The notes under the pieces are model-generated. The model did not search any database, had not been told where the DNA came from, and saw only the letters and a program-made list of their open reading frames with translations. A program made the position numbers and the translations under genes. Below are positions 26,300 to 38,213 of a DNA stretch of 64,000 nucleotides, in pieces (positions within the stretch are counted from its first letter, which is position 1; each line of letters begins with the position of its first letter). Source of the stretch: Octopus sinensis (lineage: Eukaryota). Location: contig NC_043016.1 of NCBI RefSeq assembly GCF_006345805.1, positions 27,528,001 to 27,592,000 of the forward strand. Direction: 5' to 3'.

Positions 26300-26568
26300 A
26301 CTATGAACTTTTAACCTTAATTTATATAAGTAGCGGAATAATAACACAGTAATTTCCCTTTGTATAACGGTCTTTTTTCATAGCGTTTTTCAGATGGCCA
26401 GATAACCGAAGAGATGGTATTGTAGATTTCCACTTTGGCATTCGAAGCTCAGAGATTTATCTTGGCTATTGAATAATGGTAACATATTAATTTACAGATA
26501 AATTTCCTCTATTTACATAATATTGAGGTCCCTTTCTTTCTTTTGTTATCTTACCGTTTTTACCAATA
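26300..26568 (+). mobile_element. Penelope-like terminus with a degenerate hammerhead (26401-26461)
   Basis: GAUAA CCGAAGA GAUG...CAUUC GAAG CUCAGAGAU UUAUC; tail shared with 1996-2080. Confidence 0.55.
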
Positions 26569-26594
26569 TATATATATGTATGTATGTATGTGTG

Positions 26595-26650
<56 letters not shown>

Positions 26651-26764
26651 ATGCATGTATATATGTATATATATATATATATGTATGTATATATATATAT
26701 GTATGTATGTATGTATGCATGTATATATCATCATCATCATCATCATCTCATCATCATCATCATC

Positions 26765-27079
26765 TCATCATCATCATCATCATCATCGTTTAGCGTCCGC
26801 TTTCCATGCTAGCATGGGTTGGACGGTTCAACTGGGGTCTGGGAAGCCAGAAGGCTGCACCAGGCCCAGTTTGATCTGGCAATGTTTCTACTGCTGGATG
26901 CCCTTCCTAACGCCAACCACTCCATGAGTGTAGTGGGTGTTTTTTACGTGCCGCCGGCACAGGTGCCAGATGAGTCTGGCAAACGGCCCCGATCGGATGG
27001 TGCTTTTTATGTGGCACTGACACAGGGGCCAGGCGAGGCTGGCAACGGCCACGAACGGATGGTGCTTTTTACGTGCCAC
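26765..27079 (-). mobile_element. RTE LINE 3' end
   Basis: (GAT)n tail, shared 3' module and two array units. Confidence 0.8.
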
Positions 27080-27098
27080 ATATATATATATATATATA

Positions 27099-28376
27099 CA
27101 GGGTATGTAAGGTATTTGAAGATGTACCTTTTTTGGGTCATTGCTACATTGTTTGCTAACTCTGTATAATCTTTGTTTCAGAAAAGAATAATGGCAAGCC
27201 CTCAGCTTACTCAAGAAATGAAGAGGCATGCTGTTATTATCGTTATAAAGGTTGAACGTAGTGATTTAGAAATATCTCAATTTTAAAAAGTTGCCAGATC
27301 TTTCGTCTACAAAGTTCTTAAGGAGTTAGAGACTGAAGATAGAAACGTATCACCAGTAATCAAAGCATAAAAGGCATTCTAAACACTCTGAAATCATCAG
27401 AACACCTGAATTTATCCAGCAAGTTCAACAGACCATTGATTACAATGCCAGAAAGTCCATGAGGTCAATTGCAAGAGATCTCTATATGTCAGAAGGAACA
27501 GTCAGAAATGTTGTCCATGAGAACATTAGATATATGTCTTATGTGATGCGGAAAAGTCAATTTATGTCAGAAGAAGCAAAAGAAAATCACTACATCAGAT
27601 CTAACAGGTTCTAAAGCAAACTGAAAAATCCAGCAGAAGAAGATTTGATTTGGTTTTTTTCAAACAAGAAAAACTTCGACTAAAATCAAAAAGTTAACAG
27701 AAGAAATGATGGATGGTTATGTGCAGATCTTTCTAAAGTTCTAAGTGTTATACATACAAAATTTCTTGCAATTGTCATGGTTTTAGTGGTTATAAGCAAT
27801 GAAAGACATGTGATGCCTCCTTACTTCTGTCCACAAGGCCTTAGAGTTAACTCTGCCACTTACATTGGGATCCTGGAAACAATTATTAAGCCCTGTATTA
27901 TTAGACAGTGTATGCAATATGGAAGGCCATATGTGTTTCAATAAGACTCCGCACTATCACACATGATTCTAATAACACAGGAATGGATGGCTGAAAATTT
28001 TCGCGATCACATAACCCCTAACATTTAGCCTCCTAATTCTCCAGATCTCAATCCATTGGACTATTACACGTGGAGCATTGTTGAGAGAGAGAGAGAGGTC
28101 AATGAACATGCCCATAACACCAAAGATTCTTTGAAAGATGCCATAGTCAGACTAATGTCCAAAATGAACAAGGACCACTTCATTTGAGCATGTAGATGAT
28201 TTAGATCTAATATAGAAGCAGTTATTGGAGCTGAAGGTGGCTTTTATTGAATAACATTATAGAAAAGAAGGTTTATTTTTATCCTCATAGCATTTTTTGA
28301 TAAATAAAGTTATCTGTTATTATATATCTGTATTTTTATAAACATAAATCTGTCCTCAAATATCTTACGCACCCTA
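27099..28376 (+). mobile_element. maT/DD37D-like Tc1/mariner transposon, decayed
   Basis: TIRs CAGGGTATGTAAGGTATTTGA.../...TCAAATATCTTACGCACCCT; WFFSNKKNFD, FQ*DSALSH and PPNSPDLNPLDY motifs with stops. Confidence 0.85.
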
Positions 28377-29054
28377 TACATTATCCATTAATTTACTATA
28401 AAACTTAATTATCAATGAGAAACCAATGCTTGGTAATTTAGTGAATGTATTTCATATGCTCATTTGATCTTCAATACAATGCTCTTTTTTCATATATATA
28501 TATATCTTTGGTGTTAGTGAAAAAATCCCTATTTAGAGAAAGAAAAAAATTAATAAAAGAACATGTAAAGTTTGTATCTTCAGTTTACATCTAGTAGTTA
28601 GTCTGAATGAAGATCTGTGTTCTTCATAAATCTTCTATGGGATTAATATCACAAAGCATAAGAATATATAATTAAAAAGTTTTCAAGTTTTAAAATAGTG
28701 TCTATTGAATTATTAACCTTTTTGATGTCGACCTGACTGCAATCATTTCTGGTTCTATCAGGTCATCGCATAAGTTCTGTCTGATTTTACCTTTTTTAAA
28801 ATAGAAAGTCTAATGGAATTAAAAATTATTTTTATGCATTTGTCTACAGTTAAACTAATTAAATATTATTTTACAGAATAATAGAATTAAAATGCCTTTG
28901 ATTAAAGTCCTTTCTAACATGGAAGTATCCAAAGAGCATTTGAGGTACATAATGCTTTATGAGTGCAAAAAAGGAAACTCTGCAGCTGAAGCGACTCAAA
29001 ACATACACTCAGTTTATGGGAAAGAATGCTTGAATGAAAGAACTTGCAGAAGAT

Positions 29055-31503
29055 CATCATCATTATCATCATCATTTAGCATCCGTTTTCCATGCTAGCA
29101 TGGGTTGGATGGTTCAACTGGGGTCTGTGAAGCCGGAAGGCTTCATCAGGCCCAGTCAGATCTGGCAGTGTTTCTACAGCTGGATGCCCTTCCTAATGCC
29201 AACCACTCCATGAGTGTAGTGGGTGCTTTTTACGTGCCACCCGCACAGGTGCCAGACAGAGCTGGCAAACAGCCACGAACAGATGGTGCTTTTATGTGCC
29301 ACCGGCACGGGGGCCAGGCGAGGCTGGCAACGGCCACAAACAGATGGTGCTTTTACGTGCCACCGGCACAGGGGCCAGGCGAGGCTGGCAACGGACACGA
29401 ACAGATGGTGCTTTTACGTGTCACCGGCATGGGGGCCAGGCGAGGCTGGCAACGGACACAAGCGGATGGTGCTTTTACATGCCACCAGCATGGGGCCAGG
29501 TGAGGCTGACAATGGACACGAACGGATGGTGCTTTTACGTGCCACCGGCACAGGGGCCAGGCGAGGCTGGCAACGGACACGAACAGATGGTGCTTTTACG
29601 TGTCACCGGCATGGGGGCCAGGCGAGGCTGGCAACGGACACAAGCGGATGGTGCTTTTACATGCCACCAGCATGGGGCCAGGTGAGGCTGACAATGGACA
29701 CGAACGGATGGTGCTTTTACGTGCCACCGGCACAGGGGTCAGGCGAGGCTGGCAACGGACACGAACGGATGGTGCTTTTACGTGCCACTGACACGGGGAC
29801 CAGGCGAGGCTGGCAGTGGACACGAACAGATGGTGCTTTTATGTGCCACCGGCACAGAGGCTAGACAGGGCAGCGCTGGCAACGACCACGATCGGATGGT
29901 TCGCTTAACCACAGCTGCAATTTCCACTGATGTTGATCGACCTCAATTTTTGTTCTGCTTTCTGATATGTGATTTGATTTGGTTTGATTTTGATTTTGAT
30001 TTTGATTTTGACTGTTCTCACTGGTCTTGCCGGGTCTTCTCATGCACAGCATACTTCTATAGGTCTCGGTCTCTAGTCATTTCCTTGGTGAGACCTAAAG
30101 TTCGAAGGTCGTGCTTCACCACCTCGTCCCAGGTTTTCCTGGGTCTACCTCTTCCACAGGTCCCCTCAACTGCCAGGGTGTGGCACTTTTTCACATACCT
30201 ATCTTCATCCATTCTCGCCACATGACCATACCAGCGCAATTGTCTCTCTTGCACACAACAACTGATGCTTCTTAGGTCCAACTTTTTTCTCAAGGTACTT
30301 ACACTCTGTCGAGTTTGAACACTGACATTACACATCCAACGGAGCATTCTAGCTTCATTTCTTGCGAGCTTAAGCAAATCCTCAGCAGTCACAGCCCAAG
30401 TTTCACTACCATGTAGCGTGGCTGTACGTACACATGCATCATACAGTCTGCCTTTTACTTTGAGCGAGAGGCCTTTTGTCACCAGCAGGGGTAAGAGCTC
30501 TCTAAACTTTGCTTAGGCTATTCTTACTCTAGCAGTTACACTTTCAGCACACCCGCCCCCGCTACTGACTTGGTCACCTAGGTAGCGGAAGCTATCAACT
30601 ACTTCTAATTTTTCTCCCTGGAATGTGGTAGAAGTTGGTCTCTGCATATTTTCAGAGTCTATTGCTCCTGAGCATCTGCCACAGATAAAAACTATTTTCC
30701 TAGTTAGTCTTCCTTTGACATTACTACATCTCTTATGTGTCCATAGCTTACATTTGGTGCATCTTATAGAGTTTCTACCTACGCCTTTTCTACAGATCGA
30801 GCAGGGCCATCTACCTGAAGGCGTTTGTGATTGGTCTACCTTCCTACTTATTAGGACTTTGGTTTTGGCTAGGTTGATTCTAAGGCTTTTTGATTCTAAA
30901 CCTTGCTTCCACACCTGAAACTTCTCCTCCAGTTCTGATAGAGACTCAGCAATTAGAGCAAGGTCATCAGCATAGAGGAGCTCCCAGGGGCAACCTGTCT
31001 TGAATTCCTCCATTATTGCCTGGAGGACTATGATAAATAGGAGGGGACTGAGGACTGAACCTTGGTGGACCCCAACCTCTACCCTGAATTCTTCACTGTA
31101 CTCGATGCCAACCCTCACCTTACTAGCAGCGTCTCTGTACATGGCTTGTACAGCTCTCACTAACCATTCATCTATCCTAGTTTCCTCATTGACCACCAGA
31201 TAAGGGATCGGGGGACCCTATCGAAGGCTTTCTCCATATCGACAAAAGCCAGGTATAGGGGCTTGTCTTTGGCTAGGTATTTCTCCTGCAGCTGTCTTAC
31301 CAGGAAAATAGCATCAGTAGTACTTTTCCCTGGCACGAATCCAAACTGCATCTGATCTAAGGTAACTCTCTCTCTAATTAGTTGGGCTATAACCCTCTCC
31401 GTAACCTTCATTACCTGATCCAGCAGCTTGATACCCCTGTAGTTATTTGTATCTAGGGCGTCACCTTTACCTTTGTAGCAGTTGACCATTATGCTGCTAC
31501 ACC
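29055..31503 (-). mobile_element. 5'-truncated RTE-clade LINE
   Basis: NYRGIKLL, FVDMEKAFDRVPR, GVHQGSVLSPLLF and YADD motifs; one frameshift and one stop; (GAT)n tail; AGAT duplicated at both junctions. Confidence 0.92.
29222..29900 (-). repeat. ~61 bp tandem array (~11 units) in the RTE 3' UTR
   Basis: GATGGT-initiated units recur at 29282, 29343, 29404, 29465, 29525, 29586, 29647, 29707, 29768, 29829 and 29895. Confidence 0.95.
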
Positions 31504-33391
31504 AGATGGTTTGCAAAATTCAGAAGTGGAGATTTCAGCCTTGAAGATGAAAATTGAACAGGACGTCCAGTTGGGTTTGATGATAAGCTCCTTGAGGCAT
31601 TAGTTGAAAAAAATCCTGCGTTATCAGTTGAAGAATTAGCAATAATGCTTAGTTCAAACCATACAACTGCTCATCGTCATCTTCAACAACTTGGAAAGGT
31701 TCCTAAACTTGAAAAATGGGTGTCTCATGAATTGTCAGAAAGCAACCGCAAATCCCGAGTTGACATCTGCTCTTCTTTCCATTCTCACCAACTCATTTCA
31801 TCCTTTTTGGATAGGCTTGTGACTGGTGAGGAAAAACGGATCTTCTATCAAAATGTTAAACATCGTAAACAGTAGCTTGGTAAAAGGGAAAAAGCTCAAC
31901 CAACACCGAGAAGGGAACTTCATGGGAAAAAGGTTCTTCTCTCTATCTGGTGGAATTGCAAAGGACTAATTCACTTTGAATTGTTACTGCCTAATGCAAC
32001 AATCAATGCTCAAGTCTACTGTCAGCAATTAGAGTGTTTGAACCAAACTTTGAAGAAAAAAAAACCTGCTTTAGTGAATCGAAAAGGAGTGATGTTTCCT
32101 CGGGACAATGTGCGACCCCACACTGCAAAGATCACATCACAGAAGATCGAAGAGCTTGGCTGGGAAAAAATTCCTCATCCACCTTATTCTCCTGACCTTG
32201 CTCCTTCAGACTACCATATATTTCGTAGTTTACAGAATCATTTGGGGGGCATAACTTTTGCAAGCCAGGAGGAGGTCGAAACTGACATTTCAGAATTCTT
32301 CGCTTTGAAACCAAAAGAGTTTTACATTGATGGGATTAAAAAGCTTGTAAATAGATGGAAGGAAGTCATAGATAATCAGGGAAAGTACATTGATGATTAA
32401 ATTTCAATTAAATATAACATTTGATCACTTGTTTTCTTTATTCAAAATTCAGACAGAACTTATGGGATGACCTGATATAATAAAAGTTTTCTATTTAAAA
32501 GCACTCTAAATCTCATATTTTGTTTATTTCTATATAAAAATATTTGTATTAATGACCAAGTAATTCATTTTTATTAGAAAAAAATTAATTGTATTTGTAT
32601 TAGTGTTTGCTAAAAAAAGCTATTTATTATTTTTTTTTTACTTGCATATATGCAGTAATTCTCATATTGCAGTATTGCACCTAAGTGTCCTCAGATGAAT
32701 TAAATGGCACAAAGTACTTCCTAACCTTCCTCTCTGGGATTATGCTGACATGTTTACAATTTTATTTCCCATTAAACTTTTATTTTATCCTCAACAGGAA
32801 CGTAAGACTTCAGTCAGGTACAAAACTTCAGAGCTGCCACCACCAACATTGGCATGATGAAAGGTAGGTCTGGAGGGTTTATAAAAATATCAGAGCAGGG
32901 GCAAGCAGATATGTTCTGGGTACATGAGGTAAGATGGGGTGGGTGTCCCTGACATTGAGAAAAACAACAGTGTGAAAATGGTACTGTGAGAGATTGCCTG
33001 AATATAGAACATATATGACAAAGAGAAGATGTATTCCATGTAGACACAACAAAGAGACCAGCTACTGATGTTGATGACTGATGATTGAAAGCACAATTAA
33101 ATATAATAAAAACAGAGAAAGCAGCTGGATCTCCAGGAACAATCACTGAAATATTGAATATAACCGGTTCTAATCTTCCATTCAAATTAGATGTCTCCAT
33201 GAATATAGCCAGGAGCGTTGTCTCAATAATTAAACAACTCTTCCTTTTGTGTGCTACATCAGGAAATAGAAAAATACATACAGCTTTGCAAATTTTTCCC
33301 AGCCACTCACTGACAACTGCCAAAATCAAACCAACTGTTCACAGCAGGGATTCTGATTTTCCAGTGGAGTTGTCTGTAAGCTAATTCTTAA

Positions 33392-33727
33392 TCCCTTCAC
33401 ATTCAATCTGGCCATATCTGGCCTCTCACACATACCTTACCATGTCATTCTGAAAACATACAATCACATTATCAAAATCCCAAAGCTATGAGATGATAGA
33501 TGATTAATTCGAAACGATGTGAATAAATAAGCATTACATTCGACAGTAATCTGAATGCTAAACAGGAGTGGACCCAAGGGAGGGTCTGATGGGGCATGTA
33601 CCCTCTCAAGCAAAGAAGTGTGCCTTCTTAAATAATGTTATCATGCCCTTTTTTCCTGGAATTATATTCCCTTCTGATCCTGTGCCTTACTTTTGAAACA
33701 TTTCTGGCACCGCACCTGGCTAAAGGG
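33392..33727. mobile_element. TTAA-specific MITE with a nested insertion
   Basis: TTAA flanks; body matches 10791-11012. Confidence 0.75.
33563..33718. mobile_element. 156 bp CAGG...CCTG MITE with a 6 bp TSD
   Basis: GCTAAA|CAGGAGTGGACCCA...TGGCACCGCACCTG|GCTAAA. Confidence 0.7.
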
Positions 33728-34330
33728 TTAATCCACAAAATGATAACCTGAGAAACTACATGAAATTCACAGCTATAGATTGTAATATCACATATTATAA
33801 ATGCTGCCCCCTAGATCTGTTTTTCTCCTTGATATCCTTACCATGTCTAACACTAGTCACTGCTTATCCAAATCCTTTTTGCCAAGAAACAAGCAAAGTT
33901 CTGAAAGTAATCCTCAAGTAATCCTATAACACAGGGAATGAGGTTAGATCACTGAATTACAGCTACAGTCAATCCAACAGGCTTCTTCACAGTTTCCTTC
34001 TATTCCGTTTCACTCACAAGGATAAAGCCAACCCCAGGATATTGTAAAAGACATATAACTATGATATTACAGAATGGAATTCAACCTGCAAATCAAAACC
34101 ATTGAGTCATGCTGAATAACTTAACAACTGCTTTGACTTCGCTGACCCAGGAGGGCCTCAAAGACTTTTGGCATCACCCTATCTTTTTAGGTTAATTTTG
34201 TTTCATTTAATTTGTAAAACTTGCAATTATTGATGAAATAGGATTGGTGAAGTACAATAGCAAGCTCTGGCCTACATAGTTACAGGTTCAAAACTCACAT
34301 ACTAATGACATTTTATATGTGTGTGTGTGT

Positions 34331-34632
34331 GGAGGCACATGGCCTAGTGGTTAGAGCAGTGGACCTCACGGTCGAGGGATCACGTGTTTGAATCTCAGAC
34401 CAGGTGATGTGAGTGTTTATGAGCGAGACACCTAAGCTTCACGCGGCTTCGCCAGAAGGTAATGGCAAACTTCTGCTGACAATTTCACCGCAACTTTCTC
34501 TCTTACTCTTTCCTCTTGCATCTTGCAGCTCATCTGCGATGGACCGGCATCCTGTCCAGGTGGGGAACCTATACACCAAGGAAACCGGGAGACCGGCCCT
34601 ATGAGCCGGGCGTAGCTCAAGAAGGAACAAAC
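34331..34632 (+). mobile_element. SINE with a family-D head and a different 3' part
   Basis: First ~190 bp align to 18641 onward; diverges after the CT-rich segment. Confidence 0.75.
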
Positions 34633-35014
34633 AATGTATATATATATATTTATTTGTTTTGCAAGATTCTTGATGTGAAATCATCTGTTGTAACAGATAT
34701 TGTTAAATTTGTGGACGATCTTTTTGTTTTTCTTTTTTTTCCAATAAACATACGCATTATTTATTTGATCTTCACTTTAGCTTTAGTATCAGAGTTCATT
34801 TGCCACACATTCTGCGACTTCTTCAGTGAAGCATACCACAGGAGGCCAAAATGGAATAGACAGGACAAGACCAGAGAGGATAGACAAAATGTTATGAATT
34901 AGAAGCAACACTATAGTGTTGTAAACATTATCAACCACTCATACTCAAAATGTGTGTTTTGCTTGTTCGCCAGTACGCTGGTGTTAGATGGTGGGGATGA
35001 CTTCCATATATATA

Positions 35015-35200
35015 TATAGTTGGAATTTACAAAAAACAAAAGATGAAGACAGGTGTGTAAACAACAAACAGGTGTATTAGTTTAATGTTCGGGAAGCTGA
35101 GAAAGTCTTTTATGTTTCGAGCCTACACTCTTCAACAGAAAGGAACATGAGAAAATAAACAGAGAGAATAAAAAAAGAAAGCTTTAGTAGCTAGCAGTCA
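35015..35200 (-). mobile_element. Penelope-like terminus with a hammerhead-like variant (35107-35142)
   Basis: CUUU CUGUUGA A GAGU-GUAG-GCUC GAAA CA UA AAAG; TA-flanked; paralog at 60025. Confidence 0.6.
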
Positions 35201-35206
35201 ATATAT

Positions 35207-35755
35207 ATCAAAATCAAAATCAAAATCAAAGTGAAATTCGATGACGGGCATGAGCACCATACGAGCGAGATCGTTGACAGAGCAGCTAACCGGCTTCTGT
35301 GCCAGTGGCACATAAAATGCACCATTTGAGTGTGATCATTACCAGCTTCGCCTTACTGGCACTTGTGCCCCGTGCTAGTAGGGTGCTAAGAGCACCATCC
35401 AAGCGTGATCGTTGCTAGAGCGGCTAACTGGCTTCCATACTGGTGGCATGTAGCAGGCACCATTCAAGCGGGATCGTTATCAGCATCGCCTTACTGGCTC
35501 CTGTACTGTTGGCATGTGTAAAAAGATTCGAGCGAGGTCGTTGTCAGTACCACCTGACTGGCCCCCATGCCGGTGGCACGTAAAAGCACCCACAACACTC
35601 TTGGAGTGGTTGGTGTTGGGAAGGGCATCCAGCTGTAGAAACTGTCAGATCAAGACTGGAGCTTGGTGCAGCCATCTGGTTCGCCAGCCCTCAGTCAAAC
35701 CGTCCAACCCATGCTAGCATGGAAAGCGGACATTAAACGATGATGATGATGATGA
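35207..35755 (+). mobile_element. RTE-type 3' UTR with 5 alternating array units
   Basis: (ATCAAA)n, GCACCAT... units, shared 3' module, (GAT)n tail. Confidence 0.8.
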
Positions 35756-36175
35756 TATATATATATATATTTATATAAGGCAAGTTGAGTGAAAATCCTG
35801 TGTTAGCAATGGAAGCAATATTAATGCAGAATAGCATTCTGTATAGCTTACTTAATGTGGATATATTTTGAAAAAGCCACAACATAGCAATATTCATTTT
35901 GAGAAAGCATCTCATAAAAATTAATAGTGTTAAAAAGCACAGAAGTATCAACAGTAGAGTTGCTTTTGTGATTTTTAGCACATATACATCAATGTGTGAT
36001 TTTTTTTCTCAAGATAAATATTGTGATATTATGGCGTTATTGCAGTATAACCATATTGAGTAAGATATACAGAATGTTATATATATGTAAGCATGCATGT
36101 GTGTGTCTGTGTGTGTGATGCGATGCTTGTGTGTGTGTGTATGTGTGTGTGTATGTGTATGTGTGTGTGTGTGTG

Positions 36176-36206
<31 letters not shown>

Positions 36207-37249
36207 TTCTGTTTACCCATGTCTAGACGTCATGTGATAGTTGTAAATGAACATCATCATCATCATCATCATACAAGCAAGGTTGTTTGTTTCCAGTTCT
36301 CTGTGAGAAATACATCTAGCTATGGGAAACATATTACCTTCCTTGGAAACACGTAAGGGTTGGCAAAAGGAAGGGTATTCAGCCATAGAAGACCTGCCTT
36401 AACAAATTACATCTGACCCATGCAATCATGAAAAAGTGGACACTAAATGATCATAATAATAATAATAATAATATAATAACTATACTGATTAACCTCATTT
36501 CAGAAATGTATATTTAGAGATAGGAATAGGATCCAGCTGCAAAAATAATTGCAAAAGAGTATCACTTACCTATAAAGCATTTGTCTTCATCTGTAATAAT
36601 TATATAAGCTAAAATAATCTTGGTTTGGCTTTAACCAAAAACATCTATCACAAATTGAAATATATTTACATATTCACAATATGTTTAGCTGTGTCGTATC
36701 ACATATAAATAATTTTATTGATTTTTCTCAAATCATCACCACTTGTAGATTACAGAATATTAATGTAAGTCTGTGCTTAATTCAAAATACATGTGGCAAG
36801 CATAGCATTTCTAACAACAGTCTTGAAATTGTCTCTTTTTCTGAACTCATTAACCTCTTGTTAAACCTGAATTTTAACCCAAGGCAAATTTCACAGCAAA
36901 TGTATGTATAGGTATACACACACTTACATATACACATATACACATATACACATATACACACACTTACACACGTGCACACACACACACATACACACATACA
37001 CATGCACACTCATATATACACACACACATGTGCACTCATGTACGCGCACGCACACACAGATGTGCACTCATGTACGTGCACGCACACACACACACACACA
37101 TACATATACACACGTGCATGGCTGTGTGGTAAGAAGCTTGCTTCCCAACCACATGGTTTCAATTTCTGTTTCATCGTATGGCACCTTGGCAAATGTTTTC
37201 TACTATAGCCTTATGAGTGGATTTGATTGATGGAAATTGAAAGAAGCCT

Positions 37250-38062
37250 GTACCAGACTCCAGTCTGATCTGGCATGGTTTCTGTGGCTGGATGCCCTTC
37301 CTAATGCCAACCACTCTGAAAGTGTAATGTGTGTTTTTATGTGCCACCTGCACAGGTGCTAGTTGCATGACATCATTATCTGCCACAACTACAATTTCAC
37401 TTGGTTTGATGGGTTTACCTTCTCAAGCACAGCATATTACCTAACATCTCAGTCATTTGTCATTACCTCTGTGAAGCCCAACACTCAAAAGATGCTTCTT
37501 ACGTGCCACCAACATGGCTGCCAGTTACATGACACCAACAACGGCTAGAACTATGATTTCACTTGGTTTGACAGGTCTTCTCAAGCATGGCATATCACCA
37601 AAGGTCTCAGTCATTAGTCATTGACTCTGTGAGGCCTAATGTTCGAAGATCATGCTTCACCACTTCATCCCATGTCTTCCTGGGTCTCCTTCTTCCACAG
37701 CTTCCTTCCACTGGTAGAGATTGGCACTGCTTCACACAGCTGTCCACATTCATATGCATCACATGACCAGATGTGGTGTGCAGTCATCTCTCTTGCACAC
37801 CACATCTGATGCCTCTTATGCCCAACTTTTCTCTCAAGATATTTATATTCTGTTGTAGATGCACACTGGCATTGCACATTTCTTTCAAGCCTACACATGT
37901 ACTCAGCAGTCATAGCCCATGTTTCACTGCCATGTAGCATGGCTGTTTTCACACAGGCATCATATAGTCTGCTTTTTACTCTGAGGGAGAGGTCCCTTGT
38001 TACCTACAGACGTAGGAGCTCTCCGAACTTTGCCCAGCCTATTCTTATTCTAGCAGCTATGC
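37250..38062 (-). pseudogene. Degraded RTE 3' fragment
   Basis: KTAMLHGSETWAMTAE motif plus 3' module. Confidence 0.8.
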
Positions 38063-38177
38063 TCTTGTTTGTGTGTATGTGCTACTGTCTCCTTTCCTTG
38101 ATATTGTGCAATAGTTGCAAGCGAGTGTTACTGTCATGATAGCGGTATCCATATATATATATATGTATCCATATATA

Positions 38178-38213
<36 letters not shown>

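Larger units (their letters stand above)
28919..32400 (+). pseudogene. Mariner transposase (interrupted 29055-31503, with stops)
   Basis: MEVSKEHLRYIMLYE...TCRR|WFAKFRSG...WVSHEL...TGEEK...DNVRPH...HPPYSPDLAPSDY. Confidence 0.9.
28758..32475 (+). mobile_element. Full-length mariner split by an RTE insertion
   Basis: TA|TCAGGTCATCGCATAAGTTCTGTCTG...CAGACAGAACTTATGGGATGACCTGA|TA. Confidence 0.92.

Noticed and set aside
29282-29342. HDV- or twister-like ribozyme in the array unit
   Set aside because: CCAGCCTCGCCTGG resembles HDV P3/L3, but I could not build the nested pseudoknot or a twister core.
29222-29900. CRISPR-like repeat array
   Set aside because: Whole units are repeated with no unique spacers, the array lies inside a eukaryotic LINE 3' UTR, and there are no cas genes.
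32673-32695. miR-92-like seed TATTGCAC
   Set aside because: The rest does not match, there is no pre-miRNA fold, and the seed is altered in the paralogous block.
32814-33384. 171 aa and 99 aa ORFs as host genes
   Set aside because: No recognisable domain; KTEKAAGSPGTITEIL resembles a decayed RTE motif.
34770-34832. Minus-strand CTGAAGA with a stem II-like hairpin
   Set aside because: Lacks GAAA and stem III.
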